From positions 9,349 through 73,348 of the forward strand of contig CAZSJW010000005.1 in NCBI GenBank assembly GCA_964607285.1: a stretch of 64,000 nucleotides of DNA, given 5' to 3'. The first letter of the stretch is position 1. Each line of letters begins with the position of its first letter. A program made the translations under genes and the position numbers. Of the stretch, positions 37,410 to 46,065 are shown in pieces. Below the pieces are notes generated by a model. The model was given only the letters and a program-made list of their open reading frames with translations, was not told the DNA's origin and did not search any database. The stretch comes from an uncultured Pseudomonadales bacterium (lineage in GTDB: Bacteria > Patescibacteriota > Microgenomatia > UBA1400 > PJMF01).

Positions 37410-39269
37410 CTACTGTAAAGGAACAGTGATTGTATGATAGCCATGGTATTTTTTTGCTTCAAGGTAAGCAAGACTCGTGTGCAACGTGTATGCAGCTGCA
37501 TTCAGTTCTGAAGGCTGCTGGGTGAAACTATCTGTAAATATTAAAAACTTAATCTTTCCTTCTTTTGGTGTTATATAGAGTCGGATGCTATTTCCAATAT
37601 TCACGGTTATTTTCTCAAGAAGACTATCCTTTTTTTCTTTGTATGCTAACTCAAAAGTCATGTAATCACTTAATACTGAAAAATCCATAACACCCATATT
37701 CTTAAACCTTTTGGTTACACCATCCTGCTTAAAGCCAGTAATCATTGAAAAAACGCCAGCAATTTTGCTATACACAGTTTCACTTAAAATAGTGTCACTG
37801 ACCTCGGCAAAAGGGTTATCGAACTGACTAGGCTGCAGTATGTCTTCGTGCGTTCCCTCACTTGGGTGTCGCCACGGCCAATGTTCATACACATCTGCCA
37901 GAGTCAGAGGCATGCGAAGCACGGGTGAAATGGGTAGCCCAAAAGTGTTGATTGTTAAGGTAAGATAAATGACGCCATTTTCTGTAACCTGAACACTGCA
38001 TCTTTCATGATTATAGCTTTCTGCTTCAAGATCTACGCCTTTAATTTTTTCCCGAAGCTGGATGTACATTTCTTCGAGAGATAGAGGTCTGTCTAGGGAT
38101 TTCGGGACTGTAGCCATACTGTCACGCAGCATTTGCATTCCTGCCTCTTTGGCATTTGAACGGGAACCGATTACACCTGCCATTGCGTATCGCACCATCG
38201 CTTTCTCATCTGAATTCCTCAGGTTATTCTTAACTTTACTGAGTACATCATCAATATAATTTGAACCAAACACATGATCCTTAATAATTTCTGTTATACG
38301 TGGAATATCCAATCGAGGAAAAACACTATCAGAGTACAACTCAAAATCGTATATGGCACAAAACTCGGGAAAGTTTTTTCTCATGCCTTCAAAAAACCAA
38401 CTATCTCCAAGCGTAAACATGAAATTTACTGGATCTTTACTCAAGTAATCCATACTTTCATAATCTGTAAAAATGACATCACCATTCCGATTTTTAAACG
38501 CATTATGTCCGTCAATTTCAAAAAATGCATGTGAAAACATATATGCATCAGTTAAAAACGGTAAAATTTTTTTTATTTGCTTTAGCAACTCTTTTCTTGA
38601 TACATTTCTCTTACCATCATCTCTTATGACTGCGGAACACTCTGCCACATCATACCGATATTCCATCCATGGCTGATACTGTAGAATCTTATAAATTCTG
38701 GCAAACTGGGGCTGGCCAAAGTGTAAGTATGATTGGGTCCACAATCTTTCTGCATAGTGCTTTTGCAGATCTACACTCGTGCTGTCTACACCCCCACCTA
38801 TATCAATGGCACCTGAGTTTCTCACAAATGGTCCATCAACACCAAACCCACGCTGTTCTCTTCCCTCGTAGTGCACTAAACCAGTGCCTTGCACACTGTA
38901 CTGCCCAAACAAGTATGCACGAGCGGCATTGTTAGTTAATTGTGAAGTCCTCCAACCATAGCCAAAAATCCCACCCGAATATTGCGTCGTCTCACCTCCA
39001 ACACTCAAATGAGGGACTCCATCAGTTTCACCAACTAAGTTCAACTCCTGCATAACATCCAGTAATCCAAACTCTCTGCCATCGCACTCAAATGAAGCAG
39101 TCTGGAACTGGGATTCCTCAAAAGGAATGCCCAACATAGCAGCAACAGGCCCTTCACTTCCTCCTGGTGAAAAAAATCTAGCAATTTTCAGCTTAGAATC
39201 CAGTGGTTCTGTTTCAAGTGCTCTCGTTCTTTCACTTCTGAAACTATGATCAACGCTGCCTTCATTCAT
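37410..39269 (-). CDS. large hypothetical protein (619 aa), no recognisable domain
   Basis: Long ORF rich in Gly/aromatic residues in the N-terminal third (FGYGWRTSQ..., GAIDIGGGVDSTS). Nothing matches a family I can name. Confidence 0.6.
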   Translation of the reverse strand: MNEGSVDHSFRSERTRALETEPLDSKLKIARFFSPGGSEGPVAAMLGIPFEESQFQTASFECDGREFGLLDVMQELNLVGETDGVPHLSVGGETTQYSGGIFGYGWRTSQLTNNAARAYLFGQYSVQGTGLVHYEGREQRGFGVDGPFVRNSGAIDIGGGVDSTSVDLQKHYAERLWTQSYLHFGQPQFARIYKILQYQPWMEYRYDVAECSAVIRDDGKRNVSRKELLKQIKKILPFLTDAYMFSHAFFEIDGHNAFKNRNGDVIFTDYESMDYLSKDPVNFMFTLGDSWFFEGMRKNFPEFCAIYDFELYSDSVFPRLDIPRITEIIKDHVFGSNYIDDVLSKVKNNLRNSDEKAMVRYAMAGVIGSRSNAKEAGMQMLRDSMATVPKSLDRPLSLEEMYIQLREKIKGVDLEAESYNHERCSVQVTENGVIYLTLTINTFGLPISPVLRMPLTLADVYEHWPWRHPSEGTHEDILQPSQFDNPFAEVSDTILSETVYSKIAGVFSMITGFKQDGVTKRFKNMGVMDFSVLSDYMTFELAYKEKKDSLLEKITVNIGNSIRLYITPKEGKIKFLIFTDSFTQQPSELNAAAYTLHTSLAYLEAKKYHGYHTITVPLQ

Positions 39270-39346
39270 GTTTATATTCTAGAAAGTGTAGCTATACTAC
39301 TGAGACCCTCAACGGTAAGTTTAGCATAATTTTTCTCAGCTTTTTA

Positions 39347-40312
39347 TCAACGAAAATTAAAAAGAAGCCGTAGCAGCAAGGTATGTGAGAGATAGATGTG
39401 ATACGACCAAACTCCAAGCCACTCTACTATTGTAGGCACTCTTTTTATGGACTGAACTGCCGTAAGCAGCGTTGTCACTGCTAGTGTGGCATACAAAACA
39501 ACTTCGTATCGAGTAAACTTGAGTGCCAGCAGCGGATCAATGCCACTGTTGATTGCACTCACCGCACCTACTACCATGCCAACCCAAACAACTGAACTGA
39601 GCAGCATTAAAACTGTAAATACCTGTCTCTGCCGTAGATACGAAATAACACTAGGCAGCTGCATACCAAGCACAAAGTACCAAATCCAGTTCGGTGACCA
39701 CAGGTATTGTTCACTATCACCCATGAAAAACACAAGATCCAACGGCACATGCATGCCGTAACTATAGTACGCATACCAAGCGAGTTGCACTGCTAGTGCA
39801 CCAACAAGCAGCACCATAGGCCACCGCCACTGCACCCATGCCAACAAGGGAAATAACAGGTACAACTGCAAAATCATTGGCACAAAGTATAGGTGATAAT
39901 CAGCTCTACCCCATACCAACTGCCATGGAAAACTTGGCAGAGTTTCTCTGGTCGTCCATGTTGGAAAAATAGTAAAAACCAATGCAAACACAATGCTCCA
40001 CGCTACATAAGTGGGCAGCAATTTACGTAAACGTCTATACAAAAACCCTGGAAAATCTTGGAATTTCATACTCTGCCCATACCCCAGCCACAACCCATAG
40101 CCTGAAAGTGCCACAAATAATGGAACACTAACTCTTGAGGCCTGATCCAAACCAACCGCTACCCATTGCCACACACCAGAGTCTGCATAAAATGGTGATG
40201 GCTTAATACTGGAAAGCACATGGATTAGCACAACAGCAACTATGGCAACTGCACGTAGTACAGTGTCCGCACTTCGCTCTGTCTGCACTGCTGCTTTACT
40301 TGGTTTTGTCAT
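39347..40312 (-). CDS. acyltransferase family 3 (OatA/NolL-like) integral membrane protein
   Basis: About 10 TM helices and the N-terminal LRAVAIVAVVLIHV motif typical of acyltransferase_3. The start is ambiguous between 40339 and 40312. Confidence 0.55.
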   Translation of the reverse strand: MTKPSKAAVQTERSADTVLRAVAIVAVVLIHVLSSIKPSPFYADSGVWQWVAVGLDQASRVSVPLFVALSGYGLWLGYGQSMKFQDFPGFLYRRLRKLLPTYVAWSIVFALVFTIFPTWTTRETLPSFPWQLVWGRADYHLYFVPMILQLYLLFPLLAWVQWRWPMVLLVGALAVQLAWYAYYSYGMHVPLDLVFFMGDSEQYLWSPNWIWYFVLGMQLPSVISYLRQRQVFTVLMLLSSVVWVGMVVGAVSAINSGIDPLLALKFTRYEVVLYATLAVTTLLTAVQSIKRVPTIVEWLGVWSYHIYLSHTLLLRLLFNFR

Positions 40313-40922
40313 AGTAGGCCCAGAGTGCAAACGCGCCAAAACTTCTATGCGGCGCCCAAGCAGCCGTCACAGTTGGCAACTGGGTACGCGCTGCAGCTTC
40401 ATCAGCTATACCATACAACTTCTGGAATCCACGCAGCAACCCCAAATCACCAAACGAAAACACATCTGGTCTTCCTAGGGTAAACATGAGGAACATTTCG
40501 CTAGTCCAACGCCCAATACCTTTGACTTTGGTAAGTTCGATGACAACATCTTCATCCGATAGCTCATTGAGACGCTCGAACTGCACAGTACCTGCTACTG
40601 TTTGTGCAGCTAAATCCCGCACATACCGAACTTTTGCCCAAGATAAACCCACATCACGCAGTTGCTGTTCTGGTATTTTCAGTAGTGTTTCAGGGTTTAC
40701 TCGTCCACCAGGAAACAATCCAATCACTCGCGCCCAGATTGCATCAGCAGCTTTGATAGCTAGCTGTTGCGAAACAATTGAGTCAAAGAGCTTAGTAAAA
40801 AACTGTGTATGGTCGAGCATGGGCTCAATTTGACGACAGAGTAAGTTCTGCTCAGTGATAGCTTGGTATAAGTGTGGATCTGCCACCTTGAAGTGTTTTA
40901 GAACAGGCTCTGGAAACTGCAT
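40296..40922 (-). CDS. HhH-GPD base-excision DNA glycosylase (AlkA/3-methyladenine glycosylase II-like)
   Basis: QQLAIKAADAIWARVIGLF...LLKIPEQQLRDVGLSWAKVRYVRDLA (helix-hairpin-helix) and a Gly/Pro-rich loop with catalytic Asp (GIGRWTSEMFLMFTLGRPDVFSFGD). Confidence 0.7.
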   Translation of the reverse strand: MQFPEPVLKHFKVADPHLYQAITEQNLLCRQIEPMLDHTQFFTKLFDSIVSQQLAIKAADAIWARVIGLFPGGRVNPETLLKIPEQQLRDVGLSWAKVRYVRDLAAQTVAGTVQFERLNELSDEDVVIELTKVKGIGRWTSEMFLMFTLGRPDVFSFGDLGLLRGFQKLYGIADEAAARTQLPTVTAAWAPHRSFGAFALWAYYDKTK

Positions 40923-40981
40923 AGCTGAATTGTATCAAGATGAGCCAGATGTGCACAGGTGAGTATTGTATAGTCAACTGT

Positions 40982-41257
40982 ATGAATTCAATACCTTGGC
41001 ACGTCTACATAGTCCGCTGTGCTGACGGTACATACTACACAGGGGTCACGAATGATGTAACCCGAAGAACGGCACAACACTCAGAAGGGACTGGCGCGCG
41101 GTATACACGAGGTAGAGGACCAGTAGAGTTAGTGTATGCAGAGCAAGTTATTGACCGTTCAACTGCGCTAACTAGAGAAGTAGCAATCAAGAGGCTTACT
41201 CATAAACAAAAAGTTGCATTAATCCAGACAAGTGCTACTCAGATGAGTAACCAGTGA
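40982..41257 (+). CDS. GIY-YIG nuclease-domain protein (UPF0213-like)
   Basis: WHVYIVRCADGTYYTGVTNDVTRRTAQHSEGTGARYTRGRGPVELVY. The tracked ORF starts at 40940, and Met 15 at 40982 is more typical for the family. Confidence 0.7.
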   Translation: MNSIPWHVYIVRCADGTYYTGVTNDVTRRTAQHSEGTGARYTRGRGPVELVYAEQVIDRSTALTREVAIKRLTHKQKVALIQTSATQMSNQ

Positions 41258-41263
41258 AACTGC

Positions 41264-41827
41264 TTATTTTTCAAGTGAGATGTGCCCCACAACAGTTTTT
41301 TTCTGTCCTCTAACTCCCACTACCACCGCAACCACACTGCAAATAATACCAATACCCGCAATCAAAAGTGGAGTGAACAAACTGGCCCCCTCCTCAACAC
41401 TAGGTGCTGCTGCGACTTGCCGCACTACTCGAACCTCATACTCCAGCGTAAACTCATCAAACCAATCATTTGTGACAGGCTTACCAATCAGCTGAACTTT
41501 GTATACTCCGATCTCCGGGAAAACCACAGTAGAGTACAACGTCTTGGCACCATCAGCTAAATCATACCCACTAATTCTGGCAGAAGTAATGACAGTGTCG
41601 TTTTGCAACACTTGTACGCTGCAGTAACACTGCGCGGGATCAAAAGCACCAGCCTTATCAGTTAACTCAAAAACTAAATCTGTGTTTGTTCCAGCGATGG
41701 GATCATCGTTGGGCACTACATGTAGGACTGCACCAATTGGTTCATTAGTCTCAAGTACATGTGCGAAACTTGGCACTACAGCTGCCATGAACAAAATTAG
41801 TATTGTAATTGCTGAAACTACTTTCAT
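41264..41827 (-). CDS. secreted beta-rich protein with a C-terminal membrane anchor
   Basis: Signal peptide (MKVVSAITILILFMAAVVPSFA), a ~130-aa beta-strand-like body and a C-terminal TM segment (LLIAGIGIICSVVAVVVGV). ATGA overlap with the upstream membrane protein gene. Confidence 0.5.
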   Translation of the reverse strand: MKVVSAITILILFMAAVVPSFAHVLETNEPIGAVLHVVPNDDPIAGTNTDLVFELTDKAGAFDPAQCYCSVQVLQNDTVITSARISGYDLADGAKTLYSTVVFPEIGVYKVQLIGKPVTNDWFDEFTLEYEVRVVRQVAAAPSVEEGASLFTPLLIAGIGIICSVVAVVVGVRGQKKTVVGHISLEK

Positions 41828-42627
41828 TCAGTGTGATGTGTCCCTTGCGTACCTACTACATTCTCGTACTCATAATGCCCATCATGGCCACTAAGCGAGT
41901 ATGGGTTGACTGGATTATGTATCATATACCAGCCAGTTGCCAGAACCAATATGCTGCCCGCCACCTCAACCAGATGCCATTGCCGCAGTTTTGGCTGCAA
42001 GTTGCCCAACCAAACGTCAGCTCTATTACACTCTAGCAAGCATAAAAATGAAACAGCGAGATAACTTAGCACTGCTACCCAACCATGCAAATCTGCAAAT
42101 CTACTCCCTAACAAGACCATATGAAACAGCACTAACACCCCAACCAGATACACCAAGCGATGAATTACCTTCCACATACTCCTCCCAAGCCAGAGCACTA
42201 CTCTATTTGGAGATGTGGCTGTCAGCAAAACTAATAGCAGTGCTGCATTCAAGCCTAGTGCCAATGCAAATAAGTATCGAGTAGATAAGAACTGTAAACC
42301 AGCAATCCCACCAAGCTGAAACAAAAACGCCGTACCACTATGCAACAAACCAAACAGCAAAACACAGATACCAACTGACTGTCGAGCTTTCAGAGCAACA
42401 GCTGACCATAGATTACTTTTTGTCCAGTATGTCAAGGGACCAATCAACAGTGTGAGGTATAAATAAATACCAGCTGTATCAGCAAAAATTCGTGATAGCT
42501 GAATGTACCTAGATGAACTTGGAGGGACTGTAGCAACTAAAAAACTAAGTACTAATGCTATCCAAAAAAAACTTGTTATCCAAATCATTTTTCGAATGTG
42601 CAAAAGAAACCATGTGATTCTAGCCAT
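41824..42627 (-). CDS. ferric-reductase-like / MsrQ-like haem-binding transmembrane protein
   Basis: Six TM helices with the paired conserved His pattern of PF01794-type domains (ARQSVGICVLLFGLLHSGTAFLF and WKVIHRLVYLVGVLVLFHMVLLG) and a His-rich C-terminal tail. Confidence 0.45.
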   Translation of the reverse strand: MARITWFLLHIRKMIWITSFFWIALVLSFLVATVPPSSSRYIQLSRIFADTAGIYLYLTLLIGPLTYWTKSNLWSAVALKARQSVGICVLLFGLLHSGTAFLFQLGGIAGLQFLSTRYLFALALGLNAALLLVLLTATSPNRVVLWLGRSMWKVIHRLVYLVGVLVLFHMVLLGSRFADLHGWVAVLSYLAVSFLCLLECNRADVWLGNLQPKLRQWHLVEVAGSILVLATGWYMIHNPVNPYSLSGHDGHYEYENVVGTQGTHHTE

Positions 42628-42701
42628 CTAAGCAGTATACCGATAATAGTCAACTTGAGCAAAGATGATAAAATCGACGCAAGTTAAACCCAGAAAATGA
42701 A

Positions 42702-43322
42702 GTGATTGTGTGCGATACGGATGGTGTCTTGGTAGAGTCGCATGTACCTATGACTGATGCCATAAATAACAAGCTCATACACTATTTTCTCCATGGAAAG
42801 CTCCTCCACTAACATGAATGGATCACTGATAAAGACTGGAAATCATTTGAGGCACCGATAGAAATTTGTGAAAAGTTTCTTGGGCAAGCACCAACAGAAA
42901 TTGCTGCATGGTTATTTGCAAATGAAGTCCTCTGCGCAGGACAAGGAGTTTCTGCCGCACAGCACTACCTAGCTGCAATGGCAAGCAAGGGTGCAAAAGT
43001 ACATGTTGTTACAAGTAGAGCTCCAGACCAACTCCAGGCTACAAAGGAATCTATACAAAAATGGTACCCATTCATTCCGCAATCTAACATACATTTGCGC
43101 ACTGACTCAACACAATCTGGCCGAGAGTTTAAACTGGAATAAGCTATTGAACTAGGAGCGACTCAATACTTTGATGATGATGTCTCAGTCATTCGCTTAG
43201 CAGAAAAACTCCTGCCTCCTTGGATTGCACTCCATATGATCCGTCAAAGATGGAACGAGCAGCATGTAGATTTCCAAAAATACCTTGTTACATGGCAACA
43301 ACTAGTATCACGCCTCAAATAA
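42702..43322 (+). pseudogene. HAD-superfamily 5'(3')-deoxyribonucleotidase-like gene interrupted by two in-frame TAA codons
   Basis: A single frame open from 42672 reads (V/M)IVCDTDGVLVESHVPMTDAINNKLIHYFLHGKLLH*HEWITDKDWKSFEAP...AKVHVVTSRAPDQLQATKESIQKWYPFIPQSNIHLRTDSTQSGREFKLE*AIELGATQYFDDDVSVIRLAEKLL...SRLK*. HAD motif I (DTDGVL), motif II (VVTSR) and motif IV (YFDDD) are all present. The gene is invisible in the ORF track because every piece is under 60 aa or lacks a start. Confidence 0.6.
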
Positions 43323-43352
43323 AAACTTTTCCTTCATGCTACAATTCCTGAT

Positions 43353-44258
43353 ATGGAATTCAAAATAGCTGTACCATCAGGCTGGCAAGACTATGAACTG
43401 CTCGATAGCGGCGATGGAGAGAAACTAGAGCGATACGGTGCCTACACCATCCGCAGACCAGACCCCCAAATTTTGTGGAAAAGGACACTACCTGAGTCCG
43501 AGTGGCGTTCTGCCGATGCTTCATTCCTGCGTACCATTGGTGACAAAGGCGACTGGAGAACAACTAGCAAACTCCCAGAGTCCTGGGAAGTGCACTGGCA
43601 AAATATAACACTGCACGCACGGCTCTCACCGTTTAAGCATACGGGGATCTTTCCAGAACAAAGTGCGCATTGGCAGTGGATTCGCGATATTTTAGCAGCT
43701 GATCACACACAAAGACCTGACTATCAACCCAACATCTTGAACCTGTTTGCGTATACTGGAGGCGCCAGCGTTGTCTGCGCTGCAGCAGGTGCCAAAATCA
43801 CACACGTGGATGCGTCTCGCTCTAGCATAGGATGGGCAAAACAAAACCAGCTAGCATCAGGCTTAGATGAGCGTTCAATTCGCTGGATACTCGATGACGT
43901 GATGAAGTTCGTTCGCCGTGAAGCTACACGTGGTGTGCAGTACGACGGCATCATTATGGATCCACCTGTGTACGGCCACGGACCAGCGGGTGAGCGATGG
44001 GAATTCAAGGAGTCTTTACCTCAGTTATTAGAAGTCTGCCAAAACATCCTGAGTCCTCAGCCACTCTTCTTCGTGATAAATGCTTATGCAGTGAGTACCT
44101 CAGCCGTTACATTAGGCAACTTGGTCGATGACCTACTTGGTAAGCTCGGGGGTAAAACTGAGATGGGCGAACTAGCACTCACACAAAAAAGCGGTAGGAT
44201 GATCTCAACCGGAATTTTTGCACGGTGGCAGACAGAATCTGGGAAATCAAAAACTTAA
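43353..44258 (+). CDS. class I SAM-dependent methyltransferase, RlmI/YccW-like (PF10672-type)
   Basis: LNLFAYTGGASVVCAAAGAKITHVDASRSSI...IRWILDDVMKF...YDGIIMDPPVYG, i.e. SAM motifs I, II and IV with the DPP motif of nucleic-acid methyltransferases. Confidence 0.65.
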   Translation: MEFKIAVPSGWQDYELLDSGDGEKLERYGAYTIRRPDPQILWKRTLPESEWRSADASFLRTIGDKGDWRTTSKLPESWEVHWQNITLHARLSPFKHTGIFPEQSAHWQWIRDILAADHTQRPDYQPNILNLFAYTGGASVVCAAAGAKITHVDASRSSIGWAKQNQLASGLDERSIRWILDDVMKFVRREATRGVQYDGIIMDPPVYGHGPAGERWEFKESLPQLLEVCQNILSPQPLFFVINAYAVSTSAVTLGNLVDDLLGKLGGKTEMGELALTQKSGRMISTGIFARWQTESGKSKT

Positions 44259-44719
44259 TGCGCACTAACTCCCGCTAACCCCGGTGACTGCTCCGCTAAT
44301 TGCAAAACTTTCGCCAGTACTGGCAACTGCACATCTGCCAATTTTTTAAACCGAATGCAACTCTTCCCTACGCTCACTTTCCCAAGTTCAGCAGCATAGT
44401 TTTCAGCTAAATACTTGCCATCCGTCACGGCACAAACATAGATGCTGACATAGTTTTTCTGGTTTGCCAAAGCAATAATCGGCCACTCAATTGATTCTTT
44501 TTTGTAGTTTTTATATGGGAAACTGCCATACCCAAGCATGTTGTATGCAAAGTGTGGTTTAAGTGCAGGGACAGTCTTCTGTATAAACGCATGTAGTGTC
44601 TCAATTAGTTCCTTGCGTTCTGCAGGCACAGCTGCTAAGTATGACTCGATACTGGTAGCTTTCGTTTTGGCGAACATGTTCATATAGTGCACACAGTATA
44701 CCGTATCTGTGTTTTGCAC
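44255..44719 (-). CDS. hypothetical protein, possibly DUF1801 (YdhG-like)
   Basis: A 154-aa ORF overlapping the upstream gene by 4 nt. Weak resemblance to DUF1801 proteins (SIESYLAAVPAERKELIETLHAFIQK...). Internal Met residues at positions 13 and 15 are alternative starts. Confidence 0.4.
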   Translation of the reverse strand: MQNTDTVYCVHYMNMFAKTKATSIESYLAAVPAERKELIETLHAFIQKTVPALKPHFAYNMLGYGSFPYKNYKKESIEWPIIALANQKNYVSIYVCAVTDGKYLAENYAAELGKVSVGKSCIRFKKLADVQLPVLAKVLQLAEQSPGLAGVSAH

Positions 44720-44742
44720 AAAAATGAACTTATACTAAATGC

Positions 44743-46059
44743 ATGCATACGCCAGACTCTTTTGATCAAGAACCACCTGTTCAAAACAGTACTAGCGAAG
44801 TAAAAAAATACCCTGCATTCTTACTTTTCATCATTCTTACCGTTTTTCTTGGATTTCTAGTTACTCTGTATCTCTGGAAATCAGCAGAACAGCACAGCAC
44901 AAATACCCTGACTCAACCTGAATTTCTCATATCCAACTCTGCACAGAAGTATGAAGACCCCGCCACAGGATATGCTTTTTCATACCCTGGCTCCTACGTA
45001 CTGCACGCAAATGCTAGATTGCAAGGCATTAGTCTCGGTCTTGGTACTACCGAAAAAAGTGCACTAGACATAGTTGTTATCAGTGACACTGACGACCTGA
45101 CAAGCTGGTGGAACTCCGTGGGTGCTGAGTTTTTTTCGTATTACTTCTCAAGAAGCGCGAATGATGAAGATCTGTTCGTGTTTTCAGAAGTACCTGTAAG
45201 TACTACAGACAAGCCGAAAACTACAATCTCGGTTGTAAAGAAGATTTACCATGGTGCTCAAGAGACTAATCCAGTTGCATCAATCAGGTTTCTGCCTGTC
45301 TCAGATCACTATCTGGCTATAATTTCGTATCCAACAAGTTCTGAAGTTGATGTTCAAGGCATAGTCGAGAGCATACATGAAACTGCAACCAGTGCAGTGC
45401 CTGCCCAAAAACGAAGATTTGATCCTAACATTCCTATGATCTCACTTGGTATGTACCAGAACCAGCCTGGGCTTTCGGCCTCTTGGCCAGAAGAGTTGTT
45501 ATCCATAGAAGAATCAGAACTCGTTGGGGTAACTTGTGCGAAATACTTCATGGCTCACACTGCACTAAGTTTTTCACAGGAAACCCAACAATTCATTGCG
45601 CAAAACTATCTGCACCTTACTATTCGTGATATGGTTTCTGAGTACTTGCAAGCCACAGAGCTTGTAGAGCTTGCCATTTGCAGCACTTCTGATGAAATTT
45701 CATACATTTCAGTTGGCAGTGGATACTCGGGAAAAGATATAAGTTTTTCATTGATTCCAAAAGCGTATGCTGCAGGTGGCAGTGGAACTGATACGCACTT
45801 CTTCACCTACTCAAGTGAGTCAAAACAGCTTCATAAGTTTGGCTATATACCAGTAGGCGAGTTCGCATACTGGAGTTGCCAACGGATACTTCAAATTACT
45901 AGCTCTGGGTATCTGTATGTACTGTGCGGGGGTGGTGATGGGGGTGGACCAAGCAATCAAAGCGTATACCGAATTAACTCTATAAACAAATCTGTGCAAA
46001 AAATTTACAGTTGCACTATTTCCCAAGTGAATCAGAAACCTCAACTTCATTGTAAGTGA
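44743..46059 (+). CDS. membrane-anchored hypothetical protein (438 aa)
   Basis: An N-terminal TM helix (FLLFIILTVFLGFLVTLYLW) followed by a large extracytoplasmic body with no recognised domain. Confidence 0.55.
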   Translation: MHTPDSFDQEPPVQNSTSEVKKYPAFLLFIILTVFLGFLVTLYLWKSAEQHSTNTLTQPEFLISNSAQKYEDPATGYAFSYPGSYVLHANARLQGISLGLGTTEKSALDIVVISDTDDLTSWWNSVGAEFFSYYFSRSANDEDLFVFSEVPVSTTDKPKTTISVVKKIYHGAQETNPVASIRFLPVSDHYLAIISYPTSSEVDVQGIVESIHETATSAVPAQKRRFDPNIPMISLGMYQNQPGLSASWPEELLSIEESELVGVTCAKYFMAHTALSFSQETQQFIAQNYLHLTIRDMVSEYLQATELVELAICSTSDEISYISVGSGYSGKDISFSLIPKAYAAGGSGTDTHFFTYSSESKQLHKFGYIPVGEFAYWSCQRILQITSSGYLYVLCGGGDGGGPSNQSVYRINSINKSVQKIYSCTISQVNQKPQLHCK

Positions 46060-46065
46060 GGTGAC

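Noticed and set aside
38274-38935. Plus-strand ORFs of 65-88 aa inside the 619-aa minus-strand gene
   Set aside because: They are antisense to a long uninterrupted ORF, and their translations are Ile/Lys/Phe-rich low-complexity strings that simply reflect AT-rich antisense sequence.
25902-43322. Possibility that the in-frame TAG/TAA codons reflect stop-codon reassignment rather than pseudogenes
   Set aside because: Every confidently identified gene in the window terminates at a standard TAA or TGA exactly where the conserved protein ends. Examples are rpoD TAA, eno TAA, pyrD TGA and pyrE TGA. Frameshifts accompany the stops in two of the three loci.
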